Shown: positions 10,931 through 21,011 of the stretch, one piece after another
Position numbering within the stretch: position 1 is the first letter of the stretch
Layout of the letters: each line of letters begins with the position of its first letter
Source of the DNA: Naegleria gruberi
Lineage: Eukaryota
Direction: 5' to 3' (one strand)
DNA: 64,000 nt
Assembly (NCBI GenBank): GCA_000004985.1
Contig: GG738866.1
Notes under the pieces: model-generated
What the model was told of the DNA's origin: nothing
The model's database searches: none
Seen by the model: only the letters and a program-made list of their open reading frames with translations
Translations under genes and position numbers: made by a program

Positions 10931-12058
10931 ATGTTTCATTCCATCTTCTCATATTTGTGGTGGATTTTCCCAACCCGATCCGAAAATCTTTATGCATCTT
11001 TATTGAAGAATAGCATTGATGAGAATGACTTCAAAGCAGGAATATTGGAAAGTCTCTCATTGGATATTGTGATCGAGATTATATCCTTTCTCGATCGGTT
11101 TGAATTTATCAGATTGTTTTCAGGAGTGAATAAATCCTTCTATTCATTAACAGAGGATAAAAGATTCTGGTTAATATTAGACCGTCATGATGAGAAAATT
11201 CCTACTGTTACACAACCAAATTCAAACTTCCAACCAATACTATGTTTTTCAAGAATTGAAGAATATCTCAAATCTTCTGAAAAGACAAGTTTCAAAACCA
11301 TTTACAAGAACCTTCTCCTCTCCCCTACCCCACACGAATTGAATCCAGTCTTTAAAAATCGTTCTGCAATTTATAATGTTGACACAGATCTCATTCCTGA
11401 AACAAAGAAATATATTGCCCTCTTTGGACAATCAAATTCTGGAAAATATTCTCTGGGAATTTGCTCTACGAGAGGTTATTCAAGGCCTAGTGATCAGAAG
11501 AGTGTTATCAAGATGGATTTCTTCTTCAAAAGAGTACTGATCAAGATGGAAAATCTATCCTCTCATCATAATGGAAATATTAGTGGAATATGCCATACGA
11601 ATTTTGTAATTGAATGTTTTGGACATCCTGATTTTCATTTGAAATTTAGAAATAATGGAATGGTTAGCATGAATAGTTTATCACTGGGTAGTAGTCTTTC
11701 AATCATGTTTACAATTGATTTATCAGTGAAAAATAATTATTTTCTCTCTGATTTATCCAAAATTTTGAATCCTTTATTTCAAGTTGATATTTCCAAAGAT
11801 TCTCCTCAGAAAATTAGAAAGAAAATGGGTAATAATAGACTCTGTATAATTGGAACCAAGAGTGATATTAGACAATTGAGTGAACAATCTCTGGCAAGTC
11901 AACTGATGAAAGTTATTGACACAAGTTGTGAATTTTGGGATCAATCCATCATTTACATTGAAACAAGTTCCAAAAATCGTGAAAATATGGATCATCCCTA
12001 TCTATTCTTTTCTCAATCCAACATTCATTCCCAAATCCAACCAAACTCATCCCTGTAA
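10931..12058 (+). CDS. F-box-like protein fused to a degenerate Ras-superfamily GTPase-like domain
   Basis: F-box-like LDIVIEIISFLDRFEFIRLF...FW. Downstream are G1-like ALFGQSNSGKYSL, G3-region ECFGHPDF, G4-like IIGTKSD (NKxD with N to T) and G5-like ETSSKN. The order and spacing match a small GTPase. Confidence 0.45.
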   Translation: MFHSIFSYLWWIFPTRSENLYASLLKNSIDENDFKAGILESLSLDIVIEIISFLDRFEFIRLFSGVNKSFYSLTEDKRFWLILDRHDEKIPTVTQPNSNFQPILCFSRIEEYLKSSEKTSFKTIYKNLLLSPTPHELNPVFKNRSAIYNVDTDLIPETKKYIALFGQSNSGKYSLGICSTRGYSRPSDQKSVIKMDFFFKRVLIKMENLSSHHNGNISGICHTNFVIECFGHPDFHLKFRNNGMVSMNSLSLGSSLSIMFTIDLSVKNNYFLSDLSKILNPLFQVDISKDSPQKIRKKMGNNRLCIIGTKSDIRQLSEQSLASQLMKVIDTSCEFWDQSIIYIETSSKNRENMDHPYLFFSQSNIHSQIQPNSSL

Positions 12059-12329
12059 ATATAATCATCACTCCACAATCTCTTGGAATTCAATTTAACC
12101 TTAAGATTTTATCAGAAACTAACTCCCAACCAATCCAGTTATCAACTCCAACCCCTCAAAAACTCCAAAAATCCAATACTACTACCACCATCACCACTTT
12201 TTACAATATTCTTTTGTGTTCACACAAAACGCGAAAATTTCTCGCTCTCTTGAAGTTTCACGATTTTCAAAAGGTTGAAAAATTGTAGGCGCCTTCCGCT
12301 ATTGGCAAAAAGAATCAAAGAATAAAAAA

Positions 12330-14213
12330 ATGGCTTCATATCATGACGAAGAGGAGGATGATAATGTTGCTACCAAGTTACTTGTACCGACATCAGGTGG
12401 AAGTGGTACTACTAACACTGAAAGTTTGAATAAACAATCTGAAAATTCAGTAATGATGGGAAGTGGTGGTAATCAATCATCGTATGGTACTACTGGATAT
12501 GGTACTGGTAAAGGTGTTGAAAATGATGGTGGTGCTGGTGATGGTGAGACCAGGCTCTGCTACTTATTATGATGATGAGGCTATAAAACAAGTTTCACGA
12601 AAGAAGATTACTTGGAGACAAGTTTTTGATTTTTCTAAAAAGTGGTTGGCTCTTATTGTGGGTTGTTTGATGATGTTAGTTTCGGGAACACAATATACAT
12701 ATTCATCAATTAGTCCAACAATCAAGAGGTAGGTTAATTTTCAACATTTGTGTGTGAATAATTCCATTTTTCTAATTATGATATGATGAAATATTTGGGT
12801 TTAACAATTATTGGTGTGAAAACTAACATGCTACAGAACTTTGGACTATTCACAGACTGAGGTCACAACTATTGCAGCTTTTGCAAATCTTGGAACTTAT
12901 TTCAGTTTGCCAATTTCTCTGGTGAATGACTTTTTCGGAGCAAGAGTTTGTTCCATCGTTTCGGCATTCCTCTTCTTTGCAGGATACTTTTTATTTTTAC
13001 TCTTATATACTGGAATCATGCCAAATCACTACCTTGTGGCTGGTCTCTTCTTTATGATTATGGGTAGTGGTTCAGCTGGAGGTTATTTGGCTTCAATTTC
13101 AACAAATTTGAAGAACTTTTCAGAGAAGAATAGAGGATTGGTTGTTGGTGTGTTGGCTTCATGCTTTGGATTGTCAAGTTTCGTCTTTTCATCAATTTAT
13201 ACCTATGTCTTTTCAGGAGAATTGGAAGGATACTTGTATTTCACAGCAATTTTTGGAACTGTTGTCATTTTCTCTGGATGTATTTTCATGAATTCTATTG
13301 CAAAGAAGGAGGAACCTAAAAAGGAGGCAGAAAAAACTCTCTTGCCACCACCACAGGAAGAAATTCAAGATCAACAACAAGAGGAAGGTGCAGTTGTGAC
13401 CTATGAGGAAGCAGCTGAACCACAAGTAGAAAAGAAGGTATATGCTGATATTAGTGCAAACAAGTCATTGGAACCTCCAGTTAATAATCCTTTTGGAATG
13501 CTCATGACTCTGGACTTTTATATAATGTTTATTGTGTACATGATTGGATCAGGATGTGGTTTGGTTATTATCAACAATTTGGGAGCTATTGTCATTGCTT
13601 ATGGAGGTTACAATGGTCAACAAAATTTGATGGTTCAATTATTGTCAATCTTGTAAGTTTGAATAATTGATTGGATTTAACTGAATTATGATAATTTAGC
13701 AATTGTCTTGGAAGAATTGCGTTTGGATTTTTGAGTGATAAATTCCTTCTTCCAAAGTATCACCTTACCAGAGTTACCTTTTTCAATATTGCTGTATTGA
13801 TGATGGGTGTTATGCACTTTATTTTTGCTTGGGCTCCAGTCAATTCATTGTACTTTTTCATTTGTGTAATGGGTTTCTTCAATGGTGGTATTTTCTCACT
13901 TGCACCAAGTTTCTGTTCTGAAAGATTTGGAGCTAAATATTTTGGTATGAACTTTTCAATTATGAATTTGGCAGCTGCTTGTGGAAGTTATGGATTGGCA
14001 ACATTTGTCACTGGTCAATTATATCAAATTAATATTGATGCACCAAGAACTACCACATGTCATGGCCATGACTGCTTCCAATTGACATTCTTTATCACAT
14101 CATCATTGTGTGGTTTTGCTTTCATTCTAGGATTATTTTTACAATATAGAACGAGATGGGTGTATTGGATTTTCTTCAGAAGAAGAATTACCCAATCCAA
14201 GAAACAAGTTTAA
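12330..14213 (+). CDS. nodulin-like major-facilitator-superfamily transporter, 4 exons (12330..12543, 12593..12728, 12837..13652, 13700..14213)
   Basis: About 12 predicted TM helices and the GTQYTYSSIS nodulin-like N-terminal motif. Introns are 12544..12592 (49 nt, GTGAGA..AG), 12729..12836 (108 nt, GTAGGT..CAG) and 13653..13699 (47 nt, GTAAGT..TAG). Each joins overlapping ORFs in frame. Confidence 0.65.
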
Positions 14214-14242
14214 TCTCATTAAATTTAACTTATTTTTCCAAT

Positions 14243-14969
14243 TTATTTTCCAAATATCAGTTTTTCAATTAGAAAATTCCACAAAATTCCAAACAGAGTT
14301 ATTGAATTATCATTTCGAATATCCACACTTGTCGGCGATGATATCGATCCTGATCCAGTTGATGAAAAATCTTGCATCATCATGGTCGAATTGACAATTG
14401 TTCCATTCAAATTTCCAGAATCCATTCCCTCTGATTTTGAATCAGAAATATAAACTCCCAAGAAGAGAGCCATTGCCACCAAAATTGCACACGTATGCAA
14501 TGTAATAAATGTAAAGAAACCAATGACAAGTCTTTTCCTTGACATTCTCTGTCTTGTAGTAGGTGGTTTGATTCATCATGGAGGATGGATTTTCCTTTCC
14601 CTCCTCCATCATCATGACTAGATGATTACTATCTGAAAAGGAAACACCTGAAACTGATGATTTGGATGGTTCATTCGAATAATAATTTGCAATATCAATG
14701 TGATGATCGTGGGAATTTTGATCCAATTGTTGTTGATGGTGAATTTGAAGTGGAGGAATTGATGGCAGTTGTATACTTATTGGATTCGGAGAAGTTTCCA
14801 AGTCTTGTCCATGTTTCGAATATGATTGTGTATCAGAAAATGGTTGTTGTAAGAAAATTGAATCATTAGTTGGAGGTGAAAATGGAGAACATGCAACAAT
14901 ATTATTAAACCTTTCGTGAGGTTCACCACTTGGTGATGCTGTCAACGCAATTGTTGTTGGTTTTGACAT
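14243..14969 (-). CDS. small Ser/Pro/Gln-rich protein with one C-terminal TM helix; two overlapping ORFs, junction unresolved
   Basis: ORF 14969..14442 (Q/S/P-rich) and ORF 14545..14243 (MSRKRLVIGFFTFITLHTCAILVAMALFLGVYI TM segment) overlap in different frames. The join is a short intron or a frameshift that I could not place. Confidence 0.3.
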
Positions 14970-15764
14970 TCGAATAGTTTCGGGTTAGAAATGTGTTGAG
15001 TTTTTTTCTGCACTTTGTTTTTTAGCTAACAAGTGCAAAGTGACAGATGGGTTTTTTTCTGGTAGTGTTCCACTAAATGGTTCTTTGATGAGTGGAACTA
15101 AGCTTGATGATGATCACGTGATGTGCTGCAAAGTTGTGTGTAATTTTTTTTAAAGTTTCTTTCTTCTACTTTCTGCTAGTTTCCAATAGTTACAATCATG
15201 ACAATCCAGAATGGAAATTCAATGGTTTTCAAATTAGCCGAACAGTCTTTTGCTTGCCATATTTTTTAAATAATTCAATATTTTGGTTTTGTTTGTTCAA
15301 ATTTGGTGGCTTCTTATCTTGTTGATATCATCAAGACTTTACAAAATATTGATAATTGTTCAATGCACAGTTTCAGTTTTAGAAAGTTTGCTTTCGTTCT
15401 CTTTGAACTGGAAGTGTACTTATTGGAAATCAAGTTTAGAATTGAAAATATTTATTGGAAACCACAATCCTGTACGAAACCAAAGATTATTTATGAATTA
15501 AAACATTTTTCTTAATGGAGAGTTGATCTGAAAATAAGGAACTTAACTGCAAATTATTCCATAGCTGGGGGAAACTCTGGTCAAGGTGTTGAATGGTTTC
15601 TGATATTTTTGAAGTTTAGTTTTAATTATTTTAATGTTTCTTTTTAATTGGTTATTGTGGATTCTTTTGGAAATTGGTCGAATTGGGTTTATTATAATAG
15701 CATTTTGAAGTTAAGTTTGTGAAATAGTATTGGAACTAATGAACTTGTCAATTAGTGAAAAAAA

Positions 15765-16795
15765 ATGTCAAAACTTGAAAAACTTTCCTTTCAATTTTTT
15801 GATAAATTACCAGAAGAAATTTTGAGTGAAATTGGGAATTTTCTATTGCTTGGTGAATTTCACAAGTGGATGTTGGTGAATCGAATAGTATATCAGAAAC
15901 TTTGTTCCGATGCTTGTTATTCGAAATTTTATTGGAGGGAAATTAAGTATCATTGCAATGCAGATGAGAAGAAATATGTAATTTACAATCCAGTAACTTT
16001 AGAATATCACTCTAATGTGCATTCACTTTATTCTATTTATGGAAAAGTTTCGTCTAATTTTCGATATCATCTCTTGCAGTTTAAAAAGGAAATTTCGAAT
16101 AACAAACCCAACTTTTCATTCACTCCCATTGAGAACATGATGGAAATCAATCCAAAACTCCAAAAATCATTAGAAAAAGATGAATTTCCAGGATATGGAA
16201 AGATTTGCCTTATTGGAAACTCAACATGTGGCAAAACTTCACTTTATTGGAGAGTTCATACTCGAGAATTTCAAGAAACTTTTTGGTATACTTCAGATAA
16301 TCCCAATTTAGTGTATGAAAATTTTCTGATGTCATTGTGGGACCTTCCCTGTAGAGATGGGTAAGTTTCGTTTTATTTAGAATATTTTGAGATTAATCTC
16401 AATCAAGATATGATCAATTGAGAACTTTGTCGTATCCAGAAGCACACTTGGCTCTCGCTTGCTTTTCACTTGTGGACAGAGATTCATTCGATTCTATTCG
16501 AAACAAGTGGATTCATGAATTGAGATTCCACTTGAAAGATACTCCAATTATTCTGGTTGGTTGTAAACATGATTTAAGAGAAGAAATCATCAAATCATCA
16601 ACACATCAAGATAACCAATCAATTGTAACAAGTGAGGAAGCAGAGGAATTCGCCAAAAGTTTCGGATTTATATCCTATTGGGAGAATTCCTCTAAAAGTG
16701 GATTTGGGATGAAGAATTTTATGGAAATTTTAGTAAATGGGTGCACCTATCAACCGAATATTGTAAAACCAAAGAAAAAGTGTTTAATTCAATAA
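15765..16795 (+). CDS. F-box-like protein fused to a Rho-family pseudo-GTPase ending in a CaaX box; intron 16361..16407
   Basis: N-terminus LPEEILSEIGNFLLLGEF...YW is F-box-like. After removing the 47-nt GTAAGT..CAAG intron the protein reads ICLIGNSTCGKTSL...WDLPCRDGYDQLRTLSYPEAHLALACFSLVDRDSFDSIRNKW...PIILVGCKHDL...ENSSKSG...KKCLIQ*. This is collinear with RhoA (LVIVGDGACGKTCL...WDTAGQEDYDRLRPLSYP...CFS...VGNKKDL...CSAK...CLVL). Switch II DTAGQE is replaced by DLPCRD and NKxD by CKHD. Confidence 0.7.
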
Positions 16796-16880
16796 TAATT
16801 ATTAGAATTTAAATTTATTGTAAACTTGAAATTATTAGAAAGTGTTATTGTTGAACTAGAATCTGGAAAATTCAGAAAAA

Positions 16881-17732
16881 ATGTCACCACACAATGATTA
16901 CACTACCATTCCAATAGAAGAATCAGAGATTAATTTACATTACTCACAAACTAATTCTTCCGAAACATTAAATTCATCATTATTAAATCTCCCGCCAGAA
17001 TTATTAACATTAATTATTGAATATTTATCAAATGATAATGTTGCACTGCTGTCATTCGAATTACTCGGAATAACTGCACGAGAAGTAATGAATAATCAAG
17101 TGTGGGAAAAATTATTTAGAAATCAACAAATTTCGTCCAAGTTTTTGGGTTTCGACTGGTTTATTTTACCGAATCAGTATCTTGTTGAACTGGTCAAGAG
17201 AAAATCAGAAAATCCACACAAAATTGCATTTTATTATCATTTCTACATGAATGGAATTATTACACAATTTCTAGATTATGAAATTTCGGATATAATTTAC
17301 AATTTCAGATATTCGAATAGAAGTAACGTATTTCAAATTGAAAAATCATTAATCCCATTAAGGAAATATTTTGAAGAAATGAATAGGTTTCATTTCTATT
17401 CAAATAGAAGACCAATTAATATTTTACTTTACAAAACTCAATTAGAAATTGAAATGAAACGTTGGATTAATTTCAAGAAGAAACCAGGCGAAATACTTCA
17501 CCAATACCGTCGCCACACCTATACCTCTTGCTTTATCCTCCTAGTAGTAAGCCCAATTATTGGAATTGGCTCTTTAGGAATGATTTTGGTTGGTGGAATT
17601 AGTTTCAAATATCCAACGTTTAATTCAGAACTTGGCGCCATCTCACTCATCATTATTGGATGTTTCATTTTGTTGATATCAGTTGTGGGATTACTTGTTT
17701 CAACCAAGTACATTTGTTCTTACAGAGATTAA
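16881..17732 (+). CDS. F-box-like protein with C-terminal transmembrane anchor (two hydrophobic helices)
   Basis: LNLPPELLTLIIEYLSNDNVALLSF...VWEKLF is F-box-like. The C-terminus has FILLVVSPIIGIGSLGMILVGGISF and ISLIIIGCFILLISVVGLLV hydrophobic segments. Confidence 0.5.
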   Translation: MSPHNDYTTIPIEESEINLHYSQTNSSETLNSSLLNLPPELLTLIIEYLSNDNVALLSFELLGITAREVMNNQVWEKLFRNQQISSKFLGFDWFILPNQYLVELVKRKSENPHKIAFYYHFYMNGIITQFLDYEISDIIYNFRYSNRSNVFQIEKSLIPLRKYFEEMNRFHFYSNRRPINILLYKTQLEIEMKRWINFKKKPGEILHQYRRHTYTSCFILLVVSPIIGIGSLGMILVGGISFKYPTFNSELGAISLIIIGCFILLISVVGLLVSTKYICSYRD

Positions 17733-17747
17733 CTTCCATGAATTGGA

Positions 17748-19092
17748 CTAGACCTGATTACTTGATTGTTCTTGGTTTTTTGGTTCTTCATTAGTTTCTG
17801 GTAGATTAGGTAAATTGTCGCCAACAAGTTCCTCATCGTTCTTGTCTTTTGATTGATCTTGATTTGTAACCTCACTAGTTTCTGGTAGGGATGGTAAATT
17901 TTCTTCAATATTCGATTTGCATTTCGATAAACCCTCACTTGGTTCAATTGACTGAACTTTCATTTCACTCTTCTCTGATCGTTCTGATTTCTTAGCAGTA
18001 CTTCTTGCTGACTTGTGATCATGAGATGTGGTATCTAAATTCATCTCCTTAATAGCATGTTCTGCCCTCACAAAAAGTGGATAAAACATCAACAAGCTCA
18101 ACACTGCAAATATCAAAACTGCAAGACAACTGAAAAAGTGCCAAACAACTTTCAGAATTGACTTGTCAGAACCAACGGCAGATGCAACACCAGCTGCAAT
18201 TAATTGACATAGAATGCATAGGATTAATCCAACCAATAATCCAAAAGTTACAATGAATGGATTTGAATAATTTTCCTGTTTTTTAAGGTTTGGATTTCTT
18301 TGTAATTGAATCGTATTGTTTCGTCCAATTGTACGAATCACCACAACACCAGAATAGATGGCAAAGCAAGTATCGAAAATAAGCATTCCACCAGCAAAAA
18401 CAAAACAGATATAATAGGCAATATTAGAATTAGCTTTCGAAACGAAACCCATGTTATAGAGGAAGAATAAAAGAGCTGCAACTAACACTACAAGAAACAT
18501 TAACACAACAAAGAAGCCAAAGATGATATTGGAGAGAATGCTCACATGCTTGAATTGCTTTTTCGACATGGCTCTAATCATGACAGCTGTCTTCCAACTA
18601 CAAGTTTCGAATAATTTAGCATTAAAAGAGAAACTTACAAGATCATTTTGACGTAATATACAATAATGTACAAGACTACATAATTTGAAAACATTAAGAA
18701 TGTAGTCACTGATGCAAAAAAGTTCCAAACAATAAAGTATCCTCTATCGAATATTGTTTCTCCCTTCTCCAGTCGAAACCTCACATTAATATACATGATA
18801 TCAACCATTGTTCTTGAAAGTAGATTCAAGCATCCAATACCAACGAAAACACCGACCATCAGAAAGAGAATTTTTGCATTCCTTTTCAATTCAAGCTTAT
18901 TTCGAATAGTAATATAGTACAGCATTGTAAAGAAACTCATATAAAATATCGAATAGGCAAACAAGTACAATGTACTATTCCCTATCGAAACAGAATTGAC
19001 CCACACTGGTAAAACATAATCCACCGAGGTAATATGACATTCAGACCATCTGAAGTATATTCGAAAGGGAGTAAAGATAATGACGCCATTTT
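17748..19092 (-). CDS. multi-pass membrane protein with acidic Ser/Glu-rich tail, unknown function; at least 2 exons, junctions unresolved
   Basis: ORFs 19024..18635 and 18728..17748 overlap in different frames. At least 7 hydrophobic helices. A possible upstream ATG lies at 19092 (MASLSLLPFEY...). No recognisable conserved family. Confidence 0.35.
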
Positions 19093-19167
19093 TTTGAATT
19101 TGCTTGTCGAAGGGTCTTATTTTGAGTAATTGATGTCGTATGAATAAGAGAGATAAGTTGTTTTTCA

Positions 19168-19475
19168 GTCATGATGTGTTTCAGTATTGCGTGATGCTAA
19201 CTTGTTTTGGAAGTGTTGAGATTGGAAATTTTGGCATTTTTAATTTGCATCTCAAGCAATGGGCATTTTGTGCTGTTATTGGCAGTGGATGAGGGTTTTC
19301 TTTTTGGGAGTTTGGTAATTATTACCATTCCTTTATTCATTAAAACAGTCTGCTGCATTAATCAGTACGCAGACGGTGTAAAAACCACCATGATCGAGGT
19401 CAATCTTGACTCTGAAGGCTCTCTTTACTGAAAATGAGATATTTCATTAAGTTAAAATTTTCTTAATGAATATAA
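19168..19475 (+). repeat. conserved tRNA-Glu upstream module, copy 1 (carries a ~130-nt insertion relative to copy 2)
   Basis: ATGATGTGTTTCAGTATTGCGTGATGCTAAC...TTTTGTGCTGTTATTGG...GAGGGTT...TTTTTGG aligns to 25201..25385. The proximal 40 nt (ATGAATATAATCCCGTG) are also shared with copy 3. Confidence 0.6.
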
Positions 19476-19547
19476 TCCCGTGTAGTCCAATGGCTAGGAT
19501 ACCTGGCTTTCACCCAGGAGGTCCGGGTTCAATTCCCGGCATGGGAG
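19476..19547 (+). tRNA. tRNA-Glu (anticodon UUC)
   Basis: 72-nt cloverleaf TCCCGTGTAGTCCAATGGCTAGGATACCTGGCTTTCACCCAGGAGGTCCGGGTTCAATTCCCGGCATGGGAG. Anticodon loop is CTTTCAC. A T-run terminator follows (ATTTTG). Confidence 0.9.
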
Positions 19548-19641
19548 GATATTTTGCATTGAATTTTTAATTGTTGTTAAAGTTCAATACTTTATTTAAT
19601 TCTCATGTTATTTTACAGGTAATTAGAGAAAAATTTGTCAA

Positions 19642-20640
19642 CTATTTTACAAGTGGTTTGACGATTGGTTTTGTTGGCTTCTTACATGTCTTTCTCTTGA
19701 TACAAATCTTCTTCTTGATTGACTTGCAGCACTTCTTCTTTCCACCAACTAATTTGAATTTCTTACAAATCTTCTTTCCCTTTGAACGTTTCAAACACTT
19801 CTTATAATACTTCTTCTTGATACATCTTGGAGGAATGACAATTGACTTGGCACAATACTTCTTCTTGTTATATTTGACACATTTGGAGAGAGTCTTCTTG
19901 TGTTTACAGAATTTGATGGTCTTATGCTTGGCGCAGAAGAATTTCTTCTTAATGAGACAACACTTCTTGAAAGATTTTCTTTCCTTGCAGTATTTAACCT
20001 TCTTATACTTGGCACATTTCTTTGCCCAGGAGACAATCTTGCACTTTTTAACATATCTACATTTGGCAACCTTCTTATTGTAAGAATCAACAGTGTACTT
20101 GTCGCAGACCTTCTTCTTTTCACACTTCTTGATTGGAACCTTCTTGAATTTCTTACAGACCTTCTTGAAACCCTTCTTGAAGCACTTATTGATAATCTTG
20201 TGCTTGGCACAGAACTTCTTGAAACCCTTCTTGATGCAAATCTTCTTAGTTCCATAAGAATCACAAACTTTCCAATACTTCTTCTTGGCACATCCAACAA
20301 TCTTGTATGCATGCAAGACACACTTCTTTGTTGGCTTACTGTACTTGTCACATTTGGAATATTTCTTATGTTTAAGACATTTACCAGCACCGACAATTGC
20401 ATATTGATCACAGACCTTCTTTTGACCAACGAGTTTGTGTTTCAAACACTTCTTAATCCACTTGTGCTTTAAACATTTTCTCTTACAAATTCTTGGCTTG
20501 TGATACTTGTCAACTACTGGAGGATTGGTTTGATAGCTGTCACTTGCTTGAACTGAAAGGATTGCAAGCAAGAGTAGAATTGCAATTGAAAAGATTAGAT
20601 TTGCTTTCATTTTTTGTTTTTGTTGGATTGGATAGTTCAA
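19642..20640 (-). CDS. secreted Lys/Cys-rich repeat protein, no recognisable homolog
   Basis: Signal-peptide-like MKANLIFSIAILLLLAILSVQA. The mature part is about 35% Lys and 15% Cys, with KKCxKHK / CAKHK units recurring roughly every 8-10 residues. The ORFs on other strands and frames here are by-products of the nucleotide repetitiveness. Confidence 0.5.
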   Translation of the reverse strand: MNYPIQQKQKMKANLIFSIAILLLLAILSVQASDSYQTNPPVVDKYHKPRICKRKCLKHKWIKKCLKHKLVGQKKVCDQYAIVGAGKCLKHKKYSKCDKYSKPTKKCVLHAYKIVGCAKKKYWKVCDSYGTKKICIKKGFKKFCAKHKIINKCFKKGFKKVCKKFKKVPIKKCEKKKVCDKYTVDSYNKKVAKCRYVKKCKIVSWAKKCAKYKKVKYCKERKSFKKCCLIKKKFFCAKHKTIKFCKHKKTLSKCVKYNKKKYCAKSIVIPPRCIKKKYYKKCLKRSKGKKICKKFKLVGGKKKCCKSIKKKICIKRKTCKKPTKPIVKPLVK

Positions 20641-21011
20641 CCAGATGGTGCTAATTTAAACCATTTCGAATTGTTTTTCATTTGGGACAAGCTGAAAATA
20701 GTTGGATGTAAGGTTCCAAATTTGGATAGAAAACTGATTCAATTTACTATTCAAATATCAACTCAGCTTTCCAAAGTATTCTACTTAATTCATGTATTCG
20801 AATTTCATGAGAGAATACTGTTAAATGTTTAACAGAGAACATTTGATATTGTTTTGTGACCAATCGACAGTCTGGTTTTTTCAGTCATTTGTAAAAAAAT
20901 AGTCATTAAGAACAAGAAAATTCTAGGCATGGAGGATAATTTTTTATTTTTATGAAAATTGTTGGATAAATGATAATGAATTAATTGAGGAATGAAGAGT
21001 TTATGAGATTG

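Noticed and set aside
12463-12560. N-terminal Val-rich stretch of ORF 12463..12732 (MVVINHRMVLLDMVLVKVLK...)
   Set aside because: It is an out-of-frame reading of the Gly-rich (GGT)n exon 1 of the MFS gene. The true exon 2 starts at 12593 after the 49-nt intron.
19168-19420. Calling the tRNA-upstream module a C/D-box snoRNA
   Set aside because: C-like (UGAUGU) and D-like (CUGA) motifs are present, but the required terminal stem pairing and a convincing guide region are absent. I kept it only as one hypothesis within the tRNA finding.
19791-20472. ORFs on the opposite strand and other frames of the Lys/Cys-rich gene (19791..20429 -, 19817..20083 +, 19900..20472 +)
   Set aside because: They are low-complexity Leu/Ser/Arg-rich translations produced by the AAG/CTT-rich repeat. 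They have no start context. The 19642..20640(-) frame alone has a signal peptide and periodic Cys.
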